From: an uncultured Treponema sp.
GTDB taxonomy: Bacteria; Spirochaetota; Spirochaetia; Treponematales; Treponemataceae
Reading direction: 5' to 3'
NCBI GenBank assembly: GCA_945833725.1
Contig: CAMAFU010000001.1
Span: forward strand, 1-35,697
DNA length: 35,697 nucleotides
Part shown: positions 18,509 through 27,407 of the stretch, piece by piece
Numbering within the stretch: the first letter of the stretch is position 1
How the letters are laid out: each line of letters begins with the position of its first letter
Made by a program: the position numbers and the translations under genes
Notes under the pieces: model-generated
Database searches by the model: none
Told to the model about the DNA's origin: nothing
Seen by the model: only the letters and a program-made list of their open reading frames with translations

Positions 18509-18602
18509 CAGCGGCTGAACTATAGCGATCGTTCAGTGCAAAACCGTGCTATTATAACTACACACTAATTTAGACGAAAGCTGGCACAGCACGGTTTTAC
18601 AC
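18509..18602. repeat. Family C repeat copy 2
   Basis: CAGCGGCTGAAC...TTCAGTGCAAAACCGTGCTATTA, with inverted partner GCACGGTTTTACAC at 18589-18602. Confidence 0.7.
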
Positions 18603-18631
18603 GCTCCTTTGCGGCTAAAAGCCTTTGTTTT

Positions 18632-20389
18632 CTATTTATCGTTCTGCAAGGCATCGTAACCAGTTTCGCCTGTACGAATCTTTACAACACCAGTTACATC
18701 GCTTATAAATATTTTTCCATCGCCAATATGACCGGTGTACAGAACTTTGCGGGCAGCTTCAACAACATCGTCTACAGAAACTTTTGAAATTACTGTTTCA
18801 ACCTTAATTTTTGGCAGAAGACTTACTTCAACAGGAATACCGCGATAGTATTCGCTGGCACCTTTTTGCATTCCGCAGCCCATAACATTGCTTACAGTCA
18901 TACCGGTAACGCCAATTTCGTTCATGGCAGCCTTAAGTTTATCAAATTTGTTCTGACGGGTAATTATTACAACTTTGTGAGCAACAACTCCCTTAGAAAT
19001 TGTACCGGAAACAGGAACAGCCAGTTCAGGAATTTCAATTCCAGCTTCTTTTGCTTCATCAACTTCTTCCTGAGAATACTGAAGGGCAAATCCACCGTAA
19101 CTTGAATCAAGACCGTGTTCCAGTTTATCAAGACCGATAATTTCTTCTTCAGCAGAAACCCTAAGACCAATAGTTTTCTTAAGAATATAGAATACAACTG
19201 TAATTGTAACCACAGTCCACAGAATTGTAATTCCCATACCACCAAACTGTTTCAAAAGCTGGGCAAATCCGCCGCCGTAAAAAAGACCTTCGCTTATTCC
19301 GGCAGAAGCAAAACCAGGAGCAGTTTCTGTAGCAAAAAGACCAACAGCAACAGTTCCCCAAATACCGTTAAACATGTGAACGGCAACAGCACCAACCGGG
19401 TCATCAATGTGAAGTTTATTGTCCATAAACCATACACCGAATACAACAAGAAGACCTGCAACAACACCAATTATAGCAGCACCGGCACAGTCCGTAACAT
19501 CACATGGAGCAGTAATGGCAACAAGACCGGCAAGAGAAGCGTTAAGACACATAGAAACATCAGGTTTTCCGTACTTAACCCAGGTAAAAATCATTGTAGT
19601 AACTGTAGCAACAGCAGGAGCAACTGTAGTTGTAAGGAAGATAGAACCTAAAGTCGGAATATCAGTAGCAGCAGCACCGTTAAATCCGTACCATCCGAAC
19701 CACAGAATAAAACAGCCCAAAGCACCCATAGCAATATTAGATGAAGGGAAAGCATTTACTTTTGTAACTTTTCCTTCTTTGTCCCTAGAGAATTTTCCAA
19801 GACGAGGGCCTAACATAGCAGCACCAATAAGGGCACAAATACCGCCTACCATGTGAATACAGTTGGAACCTGCATAATCGTGGAATCCCCACTGTGCAAG
19901 AAAACCGCCGCCCCAAACCCAGTGAGCTTCAATAGGATAAATAAGACCAGAAATAATTGCCGAATAAATACAATATGTTGAAAACTTAGTTCTTTCGGCC
20001 ATTGCACCAGAAACGATTGTAGCTGTAGTAGCACAGAAAACAAGGTTGAATACAAAGTTAGAATAATCAAAACTTGCATACTGACTGAATACGCTAAATC
20101 CAGGCTTACCCAAAACAGACCAGATTCCCTGGCTTACTTCACCAGTTACAGGGTCAGTATACGAAAGCATAAAGGAAGCACCAATTAAAAACCACATTAC
20201 AGTTCCAATACAGAAATCCATAAGGTTTTTCATAATGATGTTTCCGGTATTTTTTGCCCGGGTAAAACCAGCTTCTACCATGGCAAAACCAGCCTGCATC
20301 CAGAATACTAATGCAGCACCCACAAGAAACCAAACGCCGAAAGTCGTACCAGACGCACTTTCCAAAACTCCAGCAATCTGTTCTGTCAT
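18632..20389 (-). CDS. amtB: Ammonium transporter Amt fused to a C-terminal PII (GlnK/GlnB-like) domain
   Basis: MQAGFAMVEAG, DYAGSNCIH, WFGWYGFN, DDPVGAVAVH. The C-terminus has GVTGMTVSNVMGCG..KG, LLPKIKVE, TGHIGDGKIF, KIRTGE. Confidence 0.95.
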   Translation of the reverse strand: MTEQIAGVLESASGTTFGVWFLVGAALVFWMQAGFAMVEAGFTRAKNTGNIIMKNLMDFCIGTVMWFLIGASFMLSYTDPVTGEVSQGIWSVLGKPGFSVFSQYASFDYSNFVFNLVFCATTATIVSGAMAERTKFSTYCIYSAIISGLIYPIEAHWVWGGGFLAQWGFHDYAGSNCIHMVGGICALIGAAMLGPRLGKFSRDKEGKVTKVNAFPSSNIAMGALGCFILWFGWYGFNGAAATDIPTLGSIFLTTTVAPAVATVTTMIFTWVKYGKPDVSMCLNASLAGLVAITAPCDVTDCAGAAIIGVVAGLLVVFGVWFMDNKLHIDDPVGAVAVHMFNGIWGTVAVGLFATETAPGFASAGISEGLFYGGGFAQLLKQFGGMGITILWTVVTITVVFYILKKTIGLRVSAEEEIIGLDKLEHGLDSSYGGFALQYSQEEVDEAKEAGIEIPELAVPVSGTISKGVVAHKVVIITRQNKFDKLKAAMNEIGVTGMTVSNVMGCGMQKGASEYYRGIPVEVSLLPKIKVETVISKVSVDDVVEAARKVLYTGHIGDGKIFISDVTGVVKIRTGETGYDALQNDK

Positions 20390-20394
20390 AACAT

Positions 20395-20590
20395 CCTCCT
20401 ATAAAACACCGCGTTAGCGGCAGCGCATGGATGCGCTGAATAAGTTTGCGAAGCAAACAGTGATAAAAATTACACGGATGTAATTTTTATCACACCTCCT
20501 ATAAAACATCGCATTAGCGGCAGTGCACCGATGCACTGAATACGTCTGGTCAAGGCACGCTATCGCTCAGGGCCTTGACTCAGCCGTTTT
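20395..20590. mobile_element. Family B ~100 bp element plus a tandem diverged relative, upstream of amtB
   Basis: CCTCCTATAAAACA repeats at 20395 and 20495. Region 20396-20500 is ~93% identical to 35003-35108. Confidence 0.75.
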
Positions 20591-20624
20591 TAAAGTTTGT
20601 AATAAACTTTAAATAAGGTTACAG

Positions 20625-20650
20625 AATAAGGGGGCTTTTCCCCCTATTTC
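20625..20650 (-). terminator. Hairpin downstream of glnA (stabiliser or weak terminator)
   Basis: AATAGGGG-AAAAG-CCCCCTTATT on the minus strand, without a clean U-tract. Confidence 0.45.
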
Positions 20651-20657
20651 CGTAAAA

Positions 20658-22745
20658 TTAAACTCTAAAAAGTAAATCTTCATAGCTTGGGAAAGGCTTA
20701 TATTCTTCAGCAATAAGCGCTTCCAGTTCATCTGCAACAGCCCTTGTTTCTGCCATTACAGGAATAACTTTGTCCGCATAAGATTTTGCAACAGCCATTG
20801 CATCCTTTTCACCGGCAGCTTCTTTATGAACTTTGTCAAGTTTTTCAGCTTTCTGGGAAAGAGAATCAGCAAGGGAATCAAGTTTAAGAAGAAGAGTTGT
20901 TTCAGCTTCAGCCTTTGCAGAAGGAACAACAGCCTTCAAATCAGCAGCAGTTTTTGAAACAGCACTTATGTACTTATAACATGCAGGAAGAATGTCTTTT
21001 GAAATCATCTCAAGCATTGTATTAACTTCGATGTTAAGAATCTGACTGTATTTCTCCAGTTTAATTTCGTAATGACTTTCCATTTCTTCCTTTGTGTAAA
21101 CGCCAAGCTCCGTAAACAGCTTTACATTTTTTTCATCAAGGTAATGAGCCACTGCATCTGGAGTAGTTTTTAATTCCAGAAGACCGCGTTTTTTTGCTTC
21201 AGCCTTCCATGATTCATCGTAACCGTTTCCGTTAAATACAATTCTCCAGTGAGCCTTAACTTCCCTGACAATCAAAGCATTCAACGCAGATTCAAAATCA
21301 GAAGCCTTTTCAAGTTCATCTGCAAAAACTTTAAGAACATCAGCAACAATAGCATCAAGAGTTGTATTAGGACCTGCAATAGAAAGACTTGAACCTACAG
21401 AGCGGAATTCAAATTTGTTTCCTGTAAATGCAAAAGGACTTGTTCTGTTGCGGTCTGTAGAATCTTTAGGAATAGGAGGAAGTACATCTGCTCCAATAGT
21501 CATTTTTGACTGCTTGTCGGCGGTGTAAGGTTTTCCGTCTTTAAGGGCTTCAAGAACTTTGTAAAGTTCATCACCAAGATAAACAGAAATAATTGCTGGA
21601 GGTGCTTCATTAGCTCCAAGACGATGGTCGTTACCGGCAGAAGCAACAGAAATTCTAAGCAAATCCTGATTTTCATCTACAGCTTTTAAAATTGCCGTAA
21701 GGAAAAGAAGGAACTGGGCATTGCTTTCTGGAGTACTTCCCGGTTCAAGAAGATTTTCTCCCTCATTTGTAGACATAGACCAGTTGTTGTGCTTTCCAGA
21801 ACCGTTAAGGCCAGCAAAAGGTTTTTCGTGAAGAAGACATTCAAGACCGTGGCGTTTTGCAACTTTTTTCATTACTTCCATTGCCAGCTGGTTCTGATCA
21901 ACAGAAAGGTTTGTAGTACTGAAAATAGGAGCCATTTCGTGCTGGGCAGGAGCAACTTCGTTGTGTTCTGTTTTAGAAAGAATTCCGTACTTCCACAAAG
22001 TTTCGTTTAAATCTTCCATATATTCAACGATTCTAGGATTAAGGGCAGCAAAGTACTGATCGTCCATTTCCTGACCTTTGGAAGGTTTTGCACCAAAAAG
22101 AGTGCGTCCTGTCATCCTTAAGTCTTTTCTCTGGGCAAAAAGTTTCTGGTCAACAATAAAATATTCCTGCTCAGGACCTACAGTCGTAGCAACATGACTT
22201 ACATCTTTTCCAAAAAGTTTAAGGATTCTCTTTGCCTGTTCATCAAGAGCTTCCATGGAACGCAAAAGAGGTGTTTTTTTGTCCAATGCTTCACCTGTAT
22301 AAGAACAGAATGCAGTAGGAATACAAAGTGTATGTTCCTTAATAAAAGGATAAGAAGTCGGATCCCATACAGTGTAACCTCTGGCTTCAAAAGTTGCACG
22401 GTGACCACCAGACGGGAAAGAAGAAGCATCCGGTTCACCTTTTACCAGTTCTTTTCCGCTAAACGACATAATAACAGTACCGTCATTCTGAGGATTAATG
22501 AAAGAATCATGCTTTTCTGCGGTAATTCCCGTTAAAGGCTGAAACCAGTGTGTGTAATGGGTAGCACCTTTTTCAATAGCCCATTCTTTCATTGCATGAG
22601 CTACAACATTTGCTACATCAAGCTCAAGGGGCTCACCGTCATCAAGCGTCTTTTTCAAAGCTTTAAAAGTTTCTTTCGGAAGTCTGTCTTTCATTACTTT
22701 CTGGTTAAAAACCATGCTTCCAAAAATCTCAGGTACATTTGTCAT
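20658..22745 (-). CDS. glnA: Glutamine synthetase type III
   Basis: [70 protein letters not shown] before ATG 22745. Confidence 0.96.
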   Translation of the reverse strand: MTNVPEIFGSMVFNQKVMKDRLPKETFKALKKTLDDGEPLELDVANVVAHAMKEWAIEKGATHYTHWFQPLTGITAEKHDSFINPQNDGTVIMSFSGKELVKGEPDASSFPSGGHRATFEARGYTVWDPTSYPFIKEHTLCIPTAFCSYTGEALDKKTPLLRSMEALDEQAKRILKLFGKDVSHVATTVGPEQEYFIVDQKLFAQRKDLRMTGRTLFGAKPSKGQEMDDQYFAALNPRIVEYMEDLNETLWKYGILSKTEHNEVAPAQHEMAPIFSTTNLSVDQNQLAMEVMKKVAKRHGLECLLHEKPFAGLNGSGKHNNWSMSTNEGENLLEPGSTPESNAQFLLFLTAILKAVDENQDLLRISVASAGNDHRLGANEAPPAIISVYLGDELYKVLEALKDGKPYTADKQSKMTIGADVLPPIPKDSTDRNRTSPFAFTGNKFEFRSVGSSLSIAGPNTTLDAIVADVLKVFADELEKASDFESALNALIVREVKAHWRIVFNGNGYDESWKAEAKKRGLLELKTTPDAVAHYLDEKNVKLFTELGVYTKEEMESHYEIKLEKYSQILNIEVNTMLEMISKDILPACYKYISAVSKTAADLKAVVPSAKAEAETTLLLKLDSLADSLSQKAEKLDKVHKEAAGEKDAMAVAKSYADKVIPVMAETRAVADELEALIAEEYKPFPSYEDLLFRV

Positions 22746-22755
22746 ACTGTCCTCC

Positions 22756-22924
22756 AAAAAAAATAAAAGGCGCCGCAATCTTTTTCGGAGGGGAGGAGTT
22801 CCCTAAAAATTGCGACGCCTTTGTCTAAAAAATTAAAATAACAGGTCTTCTGCAAAAAAATTAAAACAGAAGGCTTTAAAACAAAAAAGGTCGCAGAACC
22901 ACAAAATTCTACGACCTCGTTGTC
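22756..22924 (-). promoter_or_regulatory. glnA leader with two ANTAR-like hairpins, each inside a terminator-like stem
   Basis: GAC-AACGAG-GTC (22924-22913) and GAC-AAAGGC-GTC (22825-22814). Each overlaps a stem followed by a T run. Confidence 0.75.
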
Positions 22925-22937
22925 ATCTAATGACTGC

Positions 22938-22966
22938 ATTATATTTTTTTCAAAAAAAACAGTCAA
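22938..22966 (-). promoter_or_regulatory. Sigma70-type promoter of glnA
   Basis: TTGACT-17-TATAAT. Confidence 0.8.
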
Positions 22967-22984
22967 TATATATACAAAAAAAAT

Positions 22985-24424
22985 TTACAAAACCCAGTTT
23001 TCCAGAAAAACAGCCGCCCCATCCTGATTATTTGTATATTCCGTAACAAAACGGGCTTTTTCTTTTATTTCATCCTGAGCGTTTTTCATGGCAACTCCAT
23101 ATTCCACCAGCGAAATCATGGATTCATCGTTAAAACTGTCGCCAAAAGCCATTGTTTCTATTTTTTTAATTCCAAGATGATTGGCCAGCCAGAGGATAGA
23201 CTGACCTTTGCCGCAATTATAAGGCATTACTTCAAGAAAATAAGGCTTGCTGGTAAAAACAGCTGCCCTTCCCTTAAGTTTTTCTTTTAAATAAGGCATA
23301 AAAGAAGCCACCTGTTCTTCCGGGGCAGGAATAAGAATTTTAGGATGACCTTTTTCCATAAAGGAATCAAAATCTTCCACCACCTTAAAATTCAAGCCGC
23401 ACATAAGGGCATCTTTTCTAGTCCATGGCGTATCCCTGTCTGCGTAAATTGTATCTGCATCACAAACATGGCAACCCATATCCCTTTTTGCAGCTTCCTG
23501 ATGAACAGTTTTTAAAATGCCTCCACCAAGTTTTTCTTCAAAAACCGATTCCCTTTTATGAAGGTCAAAAACTTCCGCCCCGTTCATTGCAATAATAAAT
23601 CTTCCAGTTTGCAGCCCTGCAATGTTAAGTTTTCGTACAAAAGGCAAAATTCCGTTTTCTGCCCTGCCGGAACAAAGAACAATATAAATTCCCTTTTCGG
23701 CACATTTTCTTAAAACTTCCACAGAGTGTTCAGAAATATCCCTTTCATCATTTAAAAGAGTATCGTCCAGATCAAAAGCAACAAGTTTTACATTCAATTT
23801 TGAATCAGGCTTTTTCGATGCAAAAATTTCTTCCCTGTTAATTTTATTCCTCCTTCCAGAAACGCTAAGGCCGTCTCCCGCATCAAAAAATTCCGTATAA
23901 AATTCCGTATTGTTTTTTAAAAAATCAACATACCGGCGGATTTTACGCACAAGTTTTATAGTACTGTAATTTTTCGTAAGTTCCGGATTTTGAACCATAC
24001 CGTGAAAAAAAAGATTATCGCTTACAATTACACCTTTTTCGCTAAGATTGTTTTTATAAATTTCAAAAAATTTTATGTACTGAGCTTTAGCCGCATCAAT
24101 AAAAATCAAGTCAAATTTTTTATCCGTACGGAATTTAAGGGCATCTTCATTTAAAACACAAATTCTATCGGATAAACCGTTATCTTCAATGTTCTGCCGG
24201 GCCTGAATAAATCGGTCAAGGTCAATTTCCAAAGTAGTAACAAAAATATCGTTACCGCAGGAAGCAAATTTAATAGCCGAATAACCGATAGCTGAGCCAA
24301 TTTCCAGAACAGATTTAACTTTGTGTTCCGTAATGTACCGGCATATAAAATCAATTCCTCCGTCCTGCATAATAGGCACCTGATGACTTTTTGCATACTT
24401 TTTAATTTCCGAAATTTCATTCAT
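22985..24424 (-). CDS. Fusion of an O-methyltransferase (YrrM/TrmR-like) and a Cof-type HAD hydrolase
   Basis: N-terminal part: VLEIGSAIGYS, FDLIFIDAAKAQY, DNLFFHG, GDGLSVS. C-terminal part: FDLDDTLL, CSGR, NGA, KG, FGDSFNDESMI. Confidence 0.9.
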   Translation of the reverse strand: MNEISEIKKYAKSHQVPIMQDGGIDFICRYITEHKVKSVLEIGSAIGYSAIKFASCGNDIFVTTLEIDLDRFIQARQNIEDNGLSDRICVLNEDALKFRTDKKFDLIFIDAAKAQYIKFFEIYKNNLSEKGVIVSDNLFFHGMVQNPELTKNYSTIKLVRKIRRYVDFLKNNTEFYTEFFDAGDGLSVSGRRNKINREEIFASKKPDSKLNVKLVAFDLDDTLLNDERDISEHSVEVLRKCAEKGIYIVLCSGRAENGILPFVRKLNIAGLQTGRFIIAMNGAEVFDLHKRESVFEEKLGGGILKTVHQEAAKRDMGCHVCDADTIYADRDTPWTRKDALMCGLNFKVVEDFDSFMEKGHPKILIPAPEEQVASFMPYLKEKLKGRAAVFTSKPYFLEVMPYNCGKGQSILWLANHLGIKKIETMAFGDSFNDESMISLVEYGVAMKNAQDEIKEKARFVTEYTNNQDGAAVFLENWVL

Positions 24425-24458
24425 TTTTCTATTATAGCAATTTTATACTTTCCAAAGA

Positions 24459-24607
24459 AGAGTTAATTCAGGGCTTTCAGCATTATAAATTCCCGTGCCA
24501 CAATCAGCATGTAGTGCTAATAGCACGGTTTTGCACTGAACAGTCGCGACTGGAAGCCCCTGATTAAAAGTATATTTTTTAATGCGGAATCCCTGAGAGT
24601 TAATTCA
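24459..24607. mobile_element. Family C copy 3, within a short insertion flanked by 12 bp direct repeats
   Basis: AGAGTTAATTCA at 24459-24470 and 24596-24607. Ends are TCAGGG...CCCTGA. Confidence 0.65.
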
Positions 24608-24626
24608 AGACAAAATTTTAAACATA

Positions 24627-24732
24627 GGGCGTACCCCTTCGGGCCGGGTGTTTCAGCCTTCGCTACCGCTCATTGCTGCAAAAAAAACTGCATTTTTTTT
24701 GCCCCAACTAAAGGGCTTACACCCCCTTACGC
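24627..24732. repeat. Family A copy 6
   Basis: GGGCGTA...GGGtgtttcAGCC...GGCTtacacCCCctTACGC. Confidence 0.8.
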
Positions 24733-24787
24733 AGAAAAAAATAAAAAACATTTTTAATAAAAACTGTTTACAAAACATTTAATTTTC

Positions 24788-24816
24788 TTGACTTTTAATA
24801 ATAGGGGTTCTAAAAT
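24788..24816 (+). promoter_or_regulatory. Promoter of the PTS IIA gene (probably leaderless)
   Basis: TTGACT-17-TAAAAT, then 6 nt, then ATG. No SD. Confidence 0.75.
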
Positions 24817-24822
24817 AGTTCT

Positions 24823-25269
24823 ATGGACTTAAGAACTGTATTAACACCAGAAACTGTAGAACTTCATCTGCAGGGTAAAACAAAAGAAGAAATCATCGAC
24901 GAGATGCTGGAGATTTTAATTAAAACCGGAAAGGTTACTGATAAAGAATCTGCCCGCGAATGTGTCCTTGACCGCGAACGAAAAATGTCTACCGGTATGA
25001 AACACGGTATTGCTATTCCTCATGGAAAAACAAACACAGTTTCCGATTTGGTTGCCTGTATTGGTATTTCCGACAATCCTGTGGATTTTGATTCACTGGA
25101 TCAGGAACCTTGCCGTATTTTTATTATGACACTTTCTCCTGTAAACAAAACAGGCCCTCATCTTCAGTTCCTTGCCGAAGTAAGCCTGCTTTTCAAAAGT
25201 GCAGAAAAACGACAGCAGATTCTTAACACTCAGGACAAGTCAGAAGTAATTAAAATCCTCACCGAATAG
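24823..25269 (+). CDS. PTS EIIA (fructose/mannitol/Ntr family) protein
   Basis: RERKMSTGMKHGIAIPHG (phospho-His), DFDSLD, HLQFLA. Confidence 0.92.
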   Translation: MDLRTVLTPETVELHLQGKTKEEIIDEMLEILIKTGKVTDKESARECVLDRERKMSTGMKHGIAIPHGKTNTVSDLVACIGISDNPVDFDSLDQEPCRIFIMTLSPVNKTGPHLQFLAEVSLLFKSAEKRQQILNTQDKSEVIKILTE

Positions 25270-25291
25270 TTTCCCGGTGATTATTTAACAA

Positions 25292-25323
25292 GGCTCCTGG
25301 CCTTTTGGTCGGGGGCTTTTTTT
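25292..25323 (+). terminator. Intrinsic terminator after PTS IIA
   Basis: GGCTCCTGGCC-TTTT-GGTCGGGGGC followed by a T run. Confidence 0.65.
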
Positions 25324-25388
25324 ATGCCGGAAATATAAAAAATCAGCTTAGAGCCGGCTTTATATTTAACCCAAAAAGAGGAATCTCC

Positions 25389-25820
25389 ATGAAATTTGAA
25401 AAACTTTTTGATTCAAAAGACCACAAGCTTTTTAAAATTACTGGCGAAGAAGTAACTGTTACTCCAGAAATGGCTTATTCTGTAAAATGGAGCGATATAG
25501 AAGGCAGAGAAGAAGAATACAACGAAGAATTCCTTTCAAAACTGCGCCAGTCCCTTAAAGCTCTGGAAGAACAGAACAAATATGTTTTTATCGAAGGAAT
25601 TTACGACAAAGATGCAACTCCAGGTCAGTATAACAATACTATGAAACACACAAGCCGAAGGATTAAAGACTGTGCCAATGTAATAGGTTTTGCCCTTCCG
25701 CCTCAAATTGCACAAGACAAAGATGTGGCCGATGACTTTATACAGAAACTGTCCGAAAAACATCCTCAATATGTTTATTTTGCAAAAACTCCATGCAACG
25801 AACAGGTAATTTTGTACTAA
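25389..25820 (+). CDS. Hypothetical protein, weak resemblance to part of a GH5-like barrel
   Basis: SD AGAGG, start MKFEKLF. Contains VKWSDIE..EEEYNEEFL..LR..L, HTSRRIKDCANVIGF. Confidence 0.7.
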   Translation: MKFEKLFDSKDHKLFKITGEEVTVTPEMAYSVKWSDIEGREEEYNEEFLSKLRQSLKALEEQNKYVFIEGIYDKDATPGQYNNTMKHTSRRIKDCANVIGFALPPQIAQDKDVADDFIQKLSEKHPQYVYFAKTPCNEQVILY

Positions 25821-25916
25821 TATTCTGCAACAAATGCACTAAACCGCAAGATATTACAGAATTTTCTAATAAAATGAATTGATTTTAACTTTTTTTTATG
25901 CCACCATTCTCCCATT

Positions 25917-26666
25917 ATGAATTCTTATGGCAGTAAAATTTTAACTGGAACAGTTTCTCTTGGATTGATGTTGGTTTCTGTTTCAATGTTTGTATTTTTT
26001 CGTTTTCCTGCTGAAAAAGATTATTCAGGCTCAGAAAGTGAAGCAGTTTCTTTTTTAGAAAGCAATTTATCAAATAATTCGAACGAAAATTTTTCTCTGG
26101 CAGTTGAGTTTCCGCAGTTTTTAAACGAAGAAGACAGGGCTTTGGAACTTTACAGACAGCCACATTCCCGGCCGGCTATTGAATGGTTTTATACTCAAAT
26201 AACAGGCAGCCGCAATGTTGCTCTGGCAATTCTGGAAAATGCCGACAAAAACAATATTCCCTTAAGCCTTGCGTTCAGTCTTGCGTATGTAGAAAGCCGC
26301 TACAAGCCCGGTGCTGTAAACAAAAACTCAAACTCCACCATAGACAGAGGGCTTTTTCAGTTGAACAGTGCTTCTTTTCCGAAACTTACGGAAGAAGAGT
26401 TTTTTGATCCTCAAATAAGTGCAAAATACGGAATGACCCATTTACGATGGTGCATGGATTTAGCTGGCAGCGGAAACGATATTACGGCTCTTGCAATGTA
26501 CAATGCCGGAACAAACCGGGTTAAGGCAAACAAAACACCTCAGCAGACTTTAAATTATGTAGCTAAAATTTCTGCATACAAAGCAAAACTTGACGAAAAA
26601 TTTTCAAACGACATACTTTCTTTCTATAACTCAGCACAGAAAACCTCCAGTCTTGTAAAAAAGTAA
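25917..26666 (+). CDS. Lytic transglycosylase (SLT domain) with N-terminal membrane anchor
   Basis: AYVESRY (catalytic Glu), DRGLFQLN, ALAMYNAG. Confidence 0.9.
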   Translation: MNSYGSKILTGTVSLGLMLVSVSMFVFFRFPAEKDYSGSESEAVSFLESNLSNNSNENFSLAVEFPQFLNEEDRALELYRQPHSRPAIEWFYTQITGSRNVALAILENADKNNIPLSLAFSLAYVESRYKPGAVNKNSNSTIDRGLFQLNSASFPKLTEEEFFDPQISAKYGMTHLRWCMDLAGSGNDITALAMYNAGTNRVKANKTPQQTLNYVAKISAYKAKLDEKFSNDILSFYNSAQKTSSLVKK

Positions 26667-26707
26667 GTTAAAAGGCTTTTGAAAAGTTCTGTCGTCTTCC
26701 TTAAAAA

Positions 26708-27373
26708 CTAGATTTTTGGCGGACGACGGCCACAGCTCTTTTTTTCTGTACAGAACCCGGTTACATCGCATTTAGGAACAAACAGATTTTCTGCTATCCA
26801 TTTCCACTGCTCAGAATAATTTGAAAGGGCTGATTTTATTTCCTGTGCCATTCCCCTTATTTCGGTGTATGCCCTTGTGCAAAGCCTCTGGTTCATAAGG
26901 TTTATCATGTTCCTGAGATTACGCTTGTCCACGATTTTTGTATTCATTCCAAGAGGAAGAATGTTTGCTGCATCTTCCCGGCTTACACCTGCTTCCAAAA
27001 GTTTTCCGTAAGATTTTCTGATATTTTCCATACAGCTGCCGAATATTTCTAATGCTTCGGGATTTGATTTTACAGACGGCGGCACAAAATATTCAAATTT
27101 GCTGCAGTTTACATATCTGGTAGACTCCTGCAGCCTTGTAGGCCCGCCGGCAATATGAGTGTAATATTCCCTTATTGCTCTGGCAGAATAGCCTTCGATG
27201 CAAAGTTCTATATCAACAAATTCCAAAACCCTGCCGTGTCCGCTTTTTATGCAGTCTTTGGCCCGTTCTATATTTTTATTGCTGTCGTCTATAGGAGAAG
27301 ACCAGCAGACACCTGCCATTTTTCCTATTTTTTCCAAAGGAAATTTATCTGTAGATTCAAATACTGTAATCAT
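26708..27373 (-). CDS. thyX: FAD-dependent thymidylate synthase
   Basis: SGHGRVLEF, LQESTRYV, EDAANILP, NLRN, QRLCTRAYTEIR. Confidence 0.9.
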   Translation of the reverse strand: MITVFESTDKFPLEKIGKMAGVCWSSPIDDSNKNIERAKDCIKSGHGRVLEFVDIELCIEGYSARAIREYYTHIAGGPTRLQESTRYVNCSKFEYFVPPSVKSNPEALEIFGSCMENIRKSYGKLLEAGVSREDAANILPLGMNTKIVDKRNLRNMINLMNQRLCTRAYTEIRGMAQEIKSALSNYSEQWKWIAENLFVPKCDVTGFCTEKKSCGRRPPKI

Positions 27374-27407
27374 TTTTTACCTCATAAAAAATAACCGGAA
27401 ATAAATT

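Noticed and set aside
20395-20590. CRISPR array or integron attC cassette array
   Set aside because: Only two tandem units, no unique-spacer periodicity, no cas or integrase gene, and no consistent RYYYAAC/GTTRRRY boundaries.
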